This document shows, piece by piece, positions 48,849-57,643 of a stretch of 64,000 nt of DNA. The translations under genes were made by a program, and so were the position numbers. The notes beneath the pieces are model-generated. The model had not been told where the DNA came from. It did not search any database and was given only the letters and a program-made list of their open reading frames with translations. Position 1 is the first letter of the stretch. Each line of letters begins with the position of its first letter. Origin of the DNA: Escherichia phage BP9; the sequence record PP488543.1; one strand, written 5' to 3'.

Positions 48849-49415
48849 TTATTCAAACTGCAATAGCAAGTCCACCACCGCGCTAGGTCTGTCAACAAAT
48901 TCCCCAGGTCCACATGCCCACAGAGGGTATCCGTCCACATACCGCCAAATCCAACCTGCAGTGTGGAGTTCGAGCAGGGCAGTACCGTCCTTACTGTCAA
49001 CCACTCTTTCCCACAGTGTTGGGCAGCGAAGCTTGAGAATCGGATCACCTCCCTTATACCCGTCCATGTAGATACCCATTGCAAAGTTCAGCATCATCTT
49101 TTTGTGCACTGATCTCTTACTGAGGGTGCTCATCACTTCCTCTTTGTGAATGTTTGTAAGCTTCTCTTTGGCTACCTGCAGATCGTTGCAACCATTGTTC
49201 AGCAGATCTTCCAGACACTTGATCCGGAGGTCGTGAATGTCTTTGTCGTGTACCGTTGGCACAGGGTCGTAGCGGTATAGCACTGTTGATACAAGGTTGC
49301 TCGGGTGTGGGTCTGACAGCAACCCATAACCCCAATACTCTTCTGTATCTGAAAGGACAAGACACCCAATGTCTCTGTCAAGCTTTCCTGTGTTGTAAGC
49401 CACATTGACCGCCAT
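48849..49415 (-). CDS. hypothetical protein
   Basis: 188 aa ORF. Confidence 0.4.
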   Translation of the reverse strand: MAVNVAYNTGKLDRDIGCLVLSDTEEYWGYGLLSDPHPSNLVSTVLYRYDPVPTVHDKDIHDLRIKCLEDLLNNGCNDLQVAKEKLTNIHKEEVMSTLSKRSVHKKMMLNFAMGIYMDGYKGGDPILKLRCPTLWERVVDSKDGTALLELHTAGWIWRYVDGYPLWACGPGEFVDRPSAVVDLLLQFE

Positions 49416-49417
49416 GA

Positions 49418-49663
49418 CTATAGCTCCACTAGCAAAGTGCTTTCAAAGTGCCGTTCATGCAGACCGTTGTAAGGGACCACTTCCACAACACCATCACGGA
49501 CATACGGGGCCATCATAGTGGTATAATCTCCAAACGGGTTGGTATTGTCACTAACCACAACCACCTTCTGCCCTTCCTTGGCAGAGTGCCAAATAGATCT
49601 ACACTTCATCAGGTGTTCGAGAGCTCCAGGTAAAATTTTGTTACGTTCTTTACGGGTCTTCAT
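49418..49663 (-). CDS. hypothetical protein
   Basis: 81 aa ORF, tightly packed. Confidence 0.35.
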   Translation of the reverse strand: MKTRKERNKILPGALEHLMKCRSIWHSAKEGQKVVVVSDNTNPFGDYTTMMAPYVRDGVVEVVPYNGLHERHFESTLLVEL

Positions 49664-50109
49664 AACAGATATAGCTCCTTATGAAAGTGGTCTTTTAATT
49701 TCTCACTGAGAAACTTCTTGATACCTTCCTCTAAAGTGTTTTCGATGTAGTCCAGCTTAACTGCTTCGATGGACATATCATAGATCGCCAGCTCTAAGCT
49801 GTCAAGTCCCATCATAGCATGAACCATAAGATTTTCATCTTCAGATACATTCAGGGGACTTCCTATAACATCTGTAGGTAGGATAGTTTCCCAATTATTC
49901 TGAGTGGTAGTTCTCCCACCATCCACTTTACGGCGCAGTTCGAAGGTGTTCTTAGTGTAGAACACTTCATAAGAAACGATACGACTATCGCTCTCATAAT
50001 AAACGAAGTTCAGGTAGGAGCCTAGCCGCAGTCGGCAAACTTCTACCCCAAACCATTGTTTCTTATAAGAATTCAGGCTAATGCTGTCGCATTCACGCTT
50101 GCTCAACAC
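49660..50109 (-). CDS. hypothetical protein
   Basis: 149 aa ORF, 4-nt overlap with downstream gene. Confidence 0.4.
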   Translation of the reverse strand: MLSKRECDSISLNSYKKQWFGVEVCRLRLGSYLNFVYYESDSRIVSYEVFYTKNTFELRRKVDGGRTTTQNNWETILPTDVIGSPLNVSEDENLMVHAMMGLDSLELAIYDMSIEAVKLDYIENTLEEGIKKFLSEKLKDHFHKELYLL

Positions 50110-50125
50110 GGCTATCTCCTTTTTG

Positions 50126-50359
50126 TTAATCTTCGTAAATCAGGATTTCTGCTTTAGGTTTTCGTGCTTTCAAGTCCAGCTCTATCCAGTGCACCATAGC
50201 TGTTTCAAGAAAAACAGCTTGGATGCATCCGTCCTCAGCGTGCCCCACCAACATAACAAGATCTTCACCTTCGTCATCTGCATCACGAACATACAGAATA
50301 TCTCCAGATTCAAAGTCTTTCACAACCTGATTGCTGGATAATTTACGAATTTTTGCCAT
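50126..50359 (-). CDS. hypothetical acidic protein
   Basis: 77 aa ORF. Confidence 0.35.
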   Translation of the reverse strand: MAKIRKLSSNQVVKDFESGDILYVRDADDEGEDLVMLVGHAEDGCIQAVFLETAMVHWIELDLKARKPKAEILIYED

Positions 50360-50360
50360 A

Positions 50361-50624
50361 TCAGAAACCCTCTAAAAAGCTCTTGTAGAAAACAATCTCA
50401 GTATCAACACCAGTCACGATCTTGTCGTTCCGGATTTCATCGGTAAGATAGGTGTCAAAACGCAGAACCTGTGTGGTGTTGTCACACATCCACTCAGCTG
50501 TGACCATTGCGAAAATCTTAGCATCTTCATTATCTGGTGTGAATGTTACCACCTCGCCGCATTTAAACTTTTCGATAGGTTGCGTGTTAGCTTTCGGTTC
50601 TGCAATAGTGATTTTCGTGGTCAT
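50361..50624 (-). CDS. hypothetical protein
   Basis: 87 aa ORF. Confidence 0.35.
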   Translation of the reverse strand: MTTKITIAEPKANTQPIEKFKCGEVVTFTPDNEDAKIFAMVTAEWMCDNTTQVLRFDTYLTDEIRNDKIVTGVDTEIVFYKSFLEGF

Positions 50625-50890
50625 TACTCTTCCTCCATAGTTTCACCAAATACTTCGATACGAGCATCGAGCTCGGTTGCTTTCAGCTCCCCAACAAAAT
50701 CTTTTAGTTCTTTCTCATCCAGATCGTAAGCCCACACACAAGAAGAACATGCAGATTTCACAATCAGCAGCGTAGATACACGACCTGACTCTGTGATCAT
50801 GCTCACAATGGTCCCCACAGGGAACGTGTTGATAGCTTTTTTAACTGGACGTTCAGCTTTAATTACTACCTCTGTTGCCATAAATAACAT
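50624..50890 (-). CDS. hypothetical protein
   Basis: 88 aa ORF. Confidence 0.35.
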   Translation of the reverse strand: MLFMATEVVIKAERPVKKAINTFPVGTIVSMITESGRVSTLLIVKSACSSCVWAYDLDEKELKDFVGELKATELDARIEVFGETMEEE

Positions 50891-50896
50891 CCTCTC

Positions 50897-52378
50897 TTAC
50901 TTAGCGTACTCGATTAATTCCACAGTTTTACCAAAGCTAGGGATATAATTTTTATTATACCCTTCGGTGAGAACCCATAAAGTATCGTACTTTTTCCACT
51001 TGTTGTCAACAGCCTTTTGTTCAAAGTTATGCTCAAAGTATAGGTCGGTCAGGACGATGACATCTTTTGCATTTGGTATGTTGGCATCCAGATACTCGAA
51101 CACGCAAGCAGCTGTTGTGCCCCATGTTGAGTGGACCTCATAGTTGATCATTTCGTCTATGTTGCCGCGAGTATATACTTTAACCTCTCCGACTTCAGTT
51201 GACCAACAGAACATTGTAACCTTAAACTCTTTATACAGATTGCACAATCCGGTGATTTCATTGAACATTTTCTTTAAAGTTCTTTGAGAGATCGAGCCAG
51301 AAACGTCTAAAGCTACCACAATATCTATGGTGTTTTCCGGATTACGACCAGGAACAATAACGTGCTGGTTCTTGTTTATAGCCCCAACTTTTCGCATTGT
51401 GCTGGTCAAAGACCCAGATCGGCGACCAGGTTTTCTGTAGGTCAGTTCGGCCTTTCGTTTAGACAACATGCGTTGCTTAATGATGTCTATATAGTTGATT
51501 ACAGGCTTACCTCTGTTCTTGACAAACTCACGCACCGCCTCGGGGCAACGACCTCCGGAAGCTTGCATTGCTGCTTCCAGCATGTCACCAGAGTCTTGCA
51601 TGGCCTGATCTTTATCAGATTGGCTGATTACAGGTTGTGGCTGATCATACCCCATAGCCTTTCCAAGATCATCGCTGGTGCCACCGTTCCCACTCATGTG
51701 ATCATCGGTTTGTCGCTTATCCCCTTGAGAGTTCTCACCTTTACCGCTCTTACTTTTACCGTTATTCTGATCTCTTTGCTTATCAAGAACCGCATAGACG
51801 TTCTCAGCAATCCATCCATGAAACCTCATGTCGCAGTAGCAGCTGGCTAAGAAACCAAAAGGCTTACCTTTCACGAACGTAGTGCTTTTCCCCTTCGGGA
51901 AGAAAACACAGGGAGGCTTGCTAAAGTCAACCACAAGACCTGTGTTGATAACATGATCACAAGCAATATTAAACAGTTCCGGCTCGAAGCTTTTACCACG
52001 GACCAGGTGATCACAGATAATATGCCCCACCTCGTGTGACAGAAGAAAAGCCACCTCTTTCACAGATTTGGGAGAATAGAAAACCTCAGCCATCTCAAAC
52101 TGTTCGTCAGTTAGAGAAGCCTTAAGAATAGCCTTGCGTTCATCAGCCAATCCCATAATGAACTCAGGGCTGTAATAGATGCGTTTATGGTCGGTTGCCA
52201 TGGTGGAGCACCATGTGTGGTTTTCTACGAACTGCAATCCTGACAGCAGTGTGCCATAAAACGGCAGCTTTTCAAGGAGATACATACGTGCAGCCTGCAA
52301 CATTCTCAGGGCATCATCTTTCTGTGAGGCAATGATTTCTGAACTTCTGCTATCCATTAAAACTCCAGAAGGGGCCAA
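50897..52378 (-). CDS. VWA-domain protein with N-terminal HExxH metallopeptidase-like motif (CobT / DUF2201-like)
   Basis: 493 aa; HEVGHIICDHL motif; C-terminal VVALDVSGSIS MIDAS-like motif. Confidence 0.6.
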   Translation of the reverse strand: MAPSGVLMDSRSSEIIASQKDDALRMLQAARMYLLEKLPFYGTLLSGLQFVENHTWCSTMATDHKRIYYSPEFIMGLADERKAILKASLTDEQFEMAEVFYSPKSVKEVAFLLSHEVGHIICDHLVRGKSFEPELFNIACDHVINTGLVVDFSKPPCVFFPKGKSTTFVKGKPFGFLASCYCDMRFHGWIAENVYAVLDKQRDQNNGKSKSGKGENSQGDKRQTDDHMSGNGGTSDDLGKAMGYDQPQPVISQSDKDQAMQDSGDMLEAAMQASGGRCPEAVREFVKNRGKPVINYIDIIKQRMLSKRKAELTYRKPGRRSGSLTSTMRKVGAINKNQHVIVPGRNPENTIDIVVALDVSGSISQRTLKKMFNEITGLCNLYKEFKVTMFCWSTEVGEVKVYTRGNIDEMINYEVHSTWGTTAACVFEYLDANIPNAKDVIVLTDLYFEHNFEQKAVDNKWKKYDTLWVLTEGYNKNYIPSFGKTVELIEYAK

Positions 52379-52390
52379 TGGCCCCTGTCA

Positions 52391-53380
52391 TTATTTAACG
52401 TGTTTGAAAATACCTGCCAACTCGGTCATTGTCATGCGGGTGGTCTTCATAAGATCTGTCATAGCTTTCTCCATAATTGGAGATACTACCATAAAGTTAC
52501 CCTTGGTGAAACCTTTATTCCAGTCGGTCACTAATAGTGGTTTAAGTCCGACCCCGAGACGCTCACCAGTTAAAGCACAACATTTTCGAATGTACGTGCT
52601 CTTAAATTGACTGAATGACAGATCAACTTTCATACCTGCATCGTAGAACGTCTGACAATAGAAAGTGTAAGCTTTGGCAATCTCAACATCGTCAGGCAGT
52701 GCAGGAACCTCTTCTGTGAGCTCTTCTTCGTCCCCTTGAGGCTCTTTTTCCTCTTCGTAAGCCTGTTGCGCCACTTCTTTAATCTCCTCTGCTGCAGGCT
52801 CGTTTACAATGTCAGAAATGTGCTTGTTGGCTCCACGGTTAGCCATGAAGTTTTTAAAATCCTGCATTGGTGACATATCTTCCTCCCATTCTTCGTCAAA
52901 GAGTGCCAGTTTATCCTCTTCCGTCCCATATTGCAAGATGAAATCTTCAAAAGTGTAATCACCTTTCAATTTCTCCATGCGCTCTTCGCTCAGGTGGAGC
53001 ATCATCTGCTGGACAATTTTTCGATCAGTTTTGTCTTTAATCAAGATTGCGGTCTTTTTATCTACCAGGCAGTCTTTCAGAGAGTTACACCTCAATCCTA
53101 CCACACAACAGTTATCAATTGCGTAAGGACCTTCATCATCTATCCGCTCCAGAGATGGGTAGAAAGGATTCCCCAGCCCGTTTTCATCTGTGTACATGTC
53201 GAAAGGTATAAGGGTATAGTCGCATACCCCCTCTCCTAAAAGTTTTTTACCAAATAGGAGGTATTCTTCCCATGACAGGTTGAACTCTATATCCCGTTTC
53301 CGTGCATTATTCTGTTTGCGTCTATATTTTTTGAGCAGGCGCTCTAACTCTTCTGGTGTATAATATTTTTCAAGATTCAT
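52391..53380 (-). CDS. hypothetical early protein with Cys-containing N-terminal domain
   Basis: ATG at 53380 chosen because track TTG start 53446 lies upstream of the predicted promoter; first gene of minus operon. Confidence 0.4.
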   Translation of the reverse strand: MNLEKYYTPEELERLLKKYRRKQNNARKRDIEFNLSWEEYLLFGKKLLGEGVCDYTLIPFDMYTDENGLGNPFYPSLERIDDEGPYAIDNCCVVGLRCNSLKDCLVDKKTAILIKDKTDRKIVQQMMLHLSEERMEKLKGDYTFEDFILQYGTEEDKLALFDEEWEEDMSPMQDFKNFMANRGANKHISDIVNEPAAEEIKEVAQQAYEEEKEPQGDEEELTEEVPALPDDVEIAKAYTFYCQTFYDAGMKVDLSFSQFKSTYIRKCCALTGERLGVGLKPLLVTDWNKGFTKGNFMVVSPIMEKAMTDLMKTTRMTMTELAGIFKHVK

Positions 53381-53411
53381 GAGTTGTCTCTTGTGCTCTG
53401 TAGGTGAAGAA

Positions 53412-53440
53412 ATCTTATCAAGTGCCTCAACAGATGTCAA
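53412..53440 (-). promoter_or_regulatory. sigma70-type promoter for minus-strand early operon
   Basis: On minus strand: -35 TTGACA (plus 53435-53440), 17 bp, -10 TAAGAT (plus 53412-53417). Confidence 0.5.
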
Positions 53441-53453
53441 CCTCAAAAACGTG

Positions 53454-53482
53454 TTGACTTTACCCTAAATCCACGATATAGT
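53454..53482 (+). promoter_or_regulatory. sigma70-type promoter for plus-strand early operon
   Basis: -35 TTGACT 53454-53459, 17 bp, -10 TATAGT 53477-53482; -35 elements of the divergent pair form inverted repeat GTCAAC/GTTGAC. Confidence 0.55.
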
Positions 53483-53522
53483 GCACCCATTCGAAAGAAA
53501 ACGAACACAGGAGTACTTAATC

Positions 53523-54422
53523 ATGGCAAATCTTAACAGCTTTAGCACTCGGTGGAAACAAGATATCACAACCAATCTCTCAGCAGGCGATATCCTTTCT
53601 GCAATTTACGAGGCTTTGGATGATAAAGCTACTTCAAAAGCGGTTTGTACCAACCCACTAATTCCTGTAGTGATGAAGGTTATTGAGCGTAGATTGGTAT
53701 CTGGGTCTGATAAGTGGACATATTTAGATAATGAAGGACACACCTATTCCAATGGGTACGTCGATATAAAAGTAGAATACGCGGTATCATACCGCCGGAG
53801 CGGTTCTGTAACTTTCAACTTCTCTGGAGGTTTTCGATCTCTGGCTACCTCACCTTTTGTTTCCTCAGAGGAGAAGTATGAGCTTCCATTTCTTTGGATG
53901 ATGGCTAACGCGACAGGAAAAACCCCCGTTAGCATCCGAGTAAAATACAACTACAACGGATCTAGTAAGATCTATGCCGAGAGTGTCTCAGCAAGTTTTT
54001 ATTTTGTGATGGGGGATGGAATCCTCAAACATATAAAGATGTGCGATATGCATGATGTTATAAATGAAGTGACTGATAAGAATGTTCTGGTGAAGGATCT
54101 CAACAATTTTTATACACCCGGAGACTATTACGTCAGCCGTCCACTGTGCATCTTTAATGCCGCACACCCTCTAGGTGAGTATTTGATCGCCAATAGCGAT
54201 ATTGCCAATAACCGCTTCGAGGTAGCAAGAGTACAGAATGAGGTATTGACATCTTGCAAGAGCGGTGATAAGTTTACCGAAGAAGAGATGGGTGTTTTAG
54301 AAATGATGGGATATAAGTGTAGCCTTTGGGTAGATGAGGTGTTTAATGATTGCATCTATGGACAGGATATTTACCCATTAAAGAAGTATACTGATTCCAG
54401 TTTAATTTACGCGGAGATTTGA
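53523..54422 (+). CDS. hypothetical early protein
   Basis: ATG 53523 with SD AGGAG (track GTG 53481 overlaps promoter -10). Confidence 0.4.
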   Translation: MANLNSFSTRWKQDITTNLSAGDILSAIYEALDDKATSKAVCTNPLIPVVMKVIERRLVSGSDKWTYLDNEGHTYSNGYVDIKVEYAVSYRRSGSVTFNFSGGFRSLATSPFVSSEEKYELPFLWMMANATGKTPVSIRVKYNYNGSSKIYAESVSASFYFVMGDGILKHIKMCDMHDVINEVTDKNVLVKDLNNFYTPGDYYVSRPLCIFNAAHPLGEYLIANSDIANNRFEVARVQNEVLTSCKSGDKFTEEEMGVLEMMGYKCSLWVDEVFNDCIYGQDIYPLKKYTDSSLIYAEI

Positions 54423-54697
54423 CTATGATGAAGTCATGTGGTAGTGTATATTATGTTGGTGAGAATGTTCAGGCAGATAGTGTGTGGAAATCCATTAAGT
54501 CCACCACCGATGATGCCTTTCTGAGCGGGTTATGCTTTCCCAGCCCAGGGGACACTCTCCCTTACCCTGGAGATTTTGTTGTCAACAAGATGGACGGTTA
54601 TACCGTGTGCCTGATGGTTGAAAAAATCTTTTTAGACACTAGACACAATCACCGTCTTGTGTTAAAATTTCAAGAATGTAAAATGACAATTGCCTAA
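54419..54697 (+). CDS. hypothetical protein
   Basis: 92 aa; ATGA overlap with upstream gene. Confidence 0.35.
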   Translation: MTMMKSCGSVYYVGENVQADSVWKSIKSTTDDAFLSGLCFPSPGDTLPYPGDFVVNKMDGYTVCLMVEKIFLDTRHNHRLVLKFQECKMTIA

Positions 54698-54710
54698 GGA
54701 GACCTTGCCG

Positions 54711-55067
54711 ATGTCTAAAGTTACTTATCGTGCAGCTATTTACTGCAATGAACACCCAATCTATAATGATGGTCACTGCCTTTTTAAAGAAAATCAATTG
54801 GGCTGTATTGTCCTCCCTGATGAAGGTGAAGGTTATCTGATTGCGTTGACAGGGTTTGAACCTGAAGCTCTGGAAACCAATCTTGACTACCTGGTAGAAG
54901 AGGGTGCTGCAGACCTGGTTGCCAATGGCCTATCCGTAAGCCTTGATGAAGTGGAGCGCTTCATGGGCAATTACCGTGTAGTGCGTGAGTTTACTATCGA
55001 GGTGGAAACTCCAGAGTGGGGTAGCACTGAAACTAATGCCGAAGAAAAAGAAGAGGAGGTAGAATAA
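54711..55067 (+). CDS. small acidic protein
   Basis: ATG 54711 with SD AAGGAGA (track TTG 54690); Glu-rich C-terminus EEKEEEVE. Confidence 0.4.
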   Translation: MSKVTYRAAIYCNEHPIYNDGHCLFKENQLGCIVLPDEGEGYLIALTGFEPEALETNLDYLVEEGAADLVANGLSVSLDEVERFMGNYRVVREFTIEVETPEWGSTETNAEEKEEEVE

Positions 55068-55324
55068 TGAAAGTGCAGATCTTGACTAATGCCGAGAAGA
55101 TGTTTATTGAAGATACACCTTTTGAAGCTGGTGAGCTACAGTTCGTTTATTTTGTTGACTTAGATAAGGTGTTCCCTGCACTGAATCTGGGTCTGGATGA
55201 AGTTCCTCATAAGGTTTTGTGCCAAGTTGTTCGTGCCTTAGCGGCAGAGGGGGAGTTCCACACCCTTCAAGATATCCAGACCTACGGGTATCTTGAACTA
55301 CAACGAGAAGAAGAGGTGGACTGA
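55067..55324 (+). CDS. small acidic protein
   Basis: 85 aa; SD GGAGG; TAATG coupling. Confidence 0.4.
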   Translation: MKVQILTNAEKMFIEDTPFEAGELQFVYFVDLDKVFPALNLGLDEVPHKVLCQVVRALAAEGEFHTLQDIQTYGYLELQREEEVD

Positions 55325-55326
55325 TA

Positions 55327-55707
55327 ATGGCTCAGTGGAAGACAACAGTTGACCTTCATGATCAGTGGTTAGGACGCATCACTGAAGACGGGAAGTTAGT
55401 TGAGTGGGACAATAAGCATGTTAGCGAGTTGGCAAGTATTGTGGCTGGCAAGTTACGATCCAAGTTCCCTGAACAACTGGATCCTGATAGTTCAAAGTTC
55501 GATCCTGAGTTGGAGGATGTTGTATACTACTTCGACACCGTGGATGACTACGATGCGTGGTTTGCAGCACGGGAGCTTTACCCACAAGGATCTGCTATGC
55601 GCCAGATGGAAGAAGATTATCCTCCGTGCGAGCAATTCAATAGTGCAATGACTTGCCTCTACGATTGGGCAGATAAGAACCTTGTCTGGATTCGGACTGC
55701 ATTTTAG
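55327..55707 (+). CDS. hypothetical protein
   Basis: 126 aa. Confidence 0.4.
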   Translation: MAQWKTTVDLHDQWLGRITEDGKLVEWDNKHVSELASIVAGKLRSKFPEQLDPDSSKFDPELEDVVYYFDTVDDYDAWFAARELYPQGSAMRQMEEDYPPCEQFNSAMTCLYDWADKNLVWIRTAF

Positions 55708-55751
55708 TGGGCAGGAATGGCGGCAAGGATGCTGCTTAAGGAGTAGTAGAG

Positions 55752-56021
55752 ATGTTATACCAGCAATATGAACTTCGTGCAGAAAAAGAGTTAAATTTTG
55801 ACAAAGATATTCACAGATATTATTATGGGAAAGTTAGAGGGCAAGCAAGAAAGTGTACTCCAACACTCTTTTATGCCAGCAGACGACTAGCGCCAGAAGA
55901 GGCAACAGCAGAAAGGGTTGCGTACAACTGGAGAGTCACGTATGATATTGACAGATCCGATGTGATATCTGTTTTGGAAAACTTTGAAAACACTTACACA
56001 CAAGTAGAGGACTTTTACTAA
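55752..56021 (+). CDS. hypothetical protein
   Basis: 89 aa; SD AAGGAG; overlaps ATPase start. Confidence 0.4.
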   Translation: MLYQQYELRAEKELNFDKDIHRYYYGKVRGQARKCTPTLFYASRRLAPEEATAERVAYNWRVTYDIDRSDVISVLENFENTYTQVEDFY

Positions 56022-57205
56022 TGTCAAGAAACGTATTTGAAAGTGGTCAAATCACTGTCCGTGAGTTGCCAGCTATCATTCAGTTTGCCCAGCGTCATAA
56101 CCGATCTGTCCTGATTTTAGGACCAATGGGTGTGGGAAAGAGCCAGGTGATGAAGCAGATCGCAGACAATATGTTCGGTGAGCGAGATGACAACTTGGTT
56201 GACGTGCGGTTGTCAGATAAAGATCCTGCCGACTTATCTGGGCTACCTATCCCTGTAGAAGCGGATGGAACTACACGTACAGTGTTTGCAATTCCAGAAT
56301 TTTGGCCTGCGGATCCTGGCTGGAGCGGAATTATCTTTCTGGATGAGCTCACTCATGCAGATAACTACCTGCAAAAGGTTGCAATGCAAATTATGCTCGA
56401 CCACAAGTGCGGTACCTATGCATTCCCTAAAGGTTCTGTTTTTGTGGCTGCTGGTAACCGTTCTACAGATGGTGCGGTTCTTTCGGCGCTCGAAGCCCCT
56501 CTGGCTAACCGTTTTATCATTGTAGAAGTTACAAGCAATGCAGAGGTGTTTATTGAGGACTACGCATTCCTTAATGGGGTGCACTCCTCTGTAATTGGAT
56601 ATTTGAAAAGAGTTCCATCAGCTATCGATAATTATGAGGCTATGGCTGAGATTAATTGTCCATCTTTTGCCACACCACGATCTTGGGTTGCTGCATCTGA
56701 CATCTTGCACGATTTTGACAGCGGTATTATTTCTGACGCTATGGCCCGTGTTCTTCTGCAAGGTGCTGTTGGTCACACTGCAGCGGTAGAGATCTGGACT
56801 TACCACATCAAGAAACGTAACTTACCGGAAATCGGTCGGATTATGGCAGGAGGTTGCAAAGAATATGTAGGTCCTAAACAGCCAGACATCTTGTGGATTC
56901 TTGGATCTGAAGGTTGTATCGCTATTCGTAATATGATGGAAAATGCAAGTATCTCCGACGAAGATCTTGTTAGCTGTGTGGCAAACTTCCTCGATTTCCT
57001 TTGGGAAAATTTCAAGGACGAGAACCGAGATTTTGTATTCTCAGTCTTTATGGCGATGATGAAACCTAATGCCTTAGGAAATGCCTTGCTTATCGGTAAA
57101 GGGCGTGACAAGATTGTTGCTCAGCTGATCAAAGCATACCCAAACCTAATGAAGATTGTAAAAGAGTTTGGTGAAGAGTTTAGCGCCATTTTGGCTAAAG
57201 CTTGA
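56021..57205 (+). CDS. AAA+ ATPase, MoxR/CobS-like
   Basis: 394 aa; Walker A GPMGVGKS, Walker B IIFLDELTHAD. Confidence 0.75.
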   Translation: MSRNVFESGQITVRELPAIIQFAQRHNRSVLILGPMGVGKSQVMKQIADNMFGERDDNLVDVRLSDKDPADLSGLPIPVEADGTTRTVFAIPEFWPADPGWSGIIFLDELTHADNYLQKVAMQIMLDHKCGTYAFPKGSVFVAAGNRSTDGAVLSALEAPLANRFIIVEVTSNAEVFIEDYAFLNGVHSSVIGYLKRVPSAIDNYEAMAEINCPSFATPRSWVAASDILHDFDSGIISDAMARVLLQGAVGHTAAVEIWTYHIKKRNLPEIGRIMAGGCKEYVGPKQPDILWILGSEGCIAIRNMMENASISDEDLVSCVANFLDFLWENFKDENRDFVFSVFMAMMKPNALGNALLIGKGRDKIVAQLIKAYPNLMKIVKEFGEEFSAILAKA

Positions 57206-57214
57206 GGAGGTTGT

Positions 57215-57595
57215 ATGGCTAAAGTAGGTAAGCGGGGAAACTACTTGGTAGTATTGACCGAGGAGCCGGAGAAGGAGTACGAATGCAGCTCCACTTGCGT
57301 GATCGATATCCGAGAAAAAGATGTAGATGAAATCTGGTTTGAAATATTAGACGCTTGCGACAGCAGTGATTATTTCTTCATCTATGTCAACGATAAAGCC
57401 GGGTTCTTCCATGACGACGGAGAGTTGCCGTATGAAATCTATGAGCTTGTAGAGGCTTGCCATCGTGGAGATGCGGAGTTGTTTGGCTTACGGCTGAAAA
57501 GCGGTAAATTCTTCTATCAAGATGAGTGCATGAATCTTCATAACTTTGTAGAGGGAACTTGCAACGATGGAGAGATTTTGGTACACTACGATTAA
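57215..57595 (+). CDS. small highly acidic protein
   Basis: 126 aa; very high Asp/Glu content; SD GAGGAGG. Confidence 0.4.
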   Translation: MAKVGKRGNYLVVLTEEPEKEYECSSTCVIDIREKDVDEIWFEILDACDSSDYFFIYVNDKAGFFHDDGELPYEIYELVEACHRGDAELFGLRLKSGKFFYQDECMNLHNFVEGTCNDGEILVHYD

Positions 57596-57605
57596 TTTCT
57601 AAGAC

Positions 57606-57634
57606 ACCCCCGCTTCGGCGGGGATTTTCTATTT
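57606..57634 (+). terminator. intrinsic terminator (CCCCGCTTCGGCGGGG family)
   Basis: CCCCCGC-TTCG-GCGGGGG then ATTTTCTATTT. Confidence 0.8.
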
Positions 57635-57643
57635 GGAGTTATT

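Noticed and set aside
52367-52388. Hairpin AGGGGCC-AATG-GCCCCT as a terminator between minus-strand genes
   Set aside because: No U-run follows on the transcribed (minus) strand; more likely an intergenic stem-loop inside the operon.
53446-53481. Track start codons TTG 53446 (minus gene) and GTG 53481 (plus gene)
   Set aside because: Both fall within or upstream of the predicted divergent promoters; downstream ATGs with SD sequences (53380 and 53523) are preferred.
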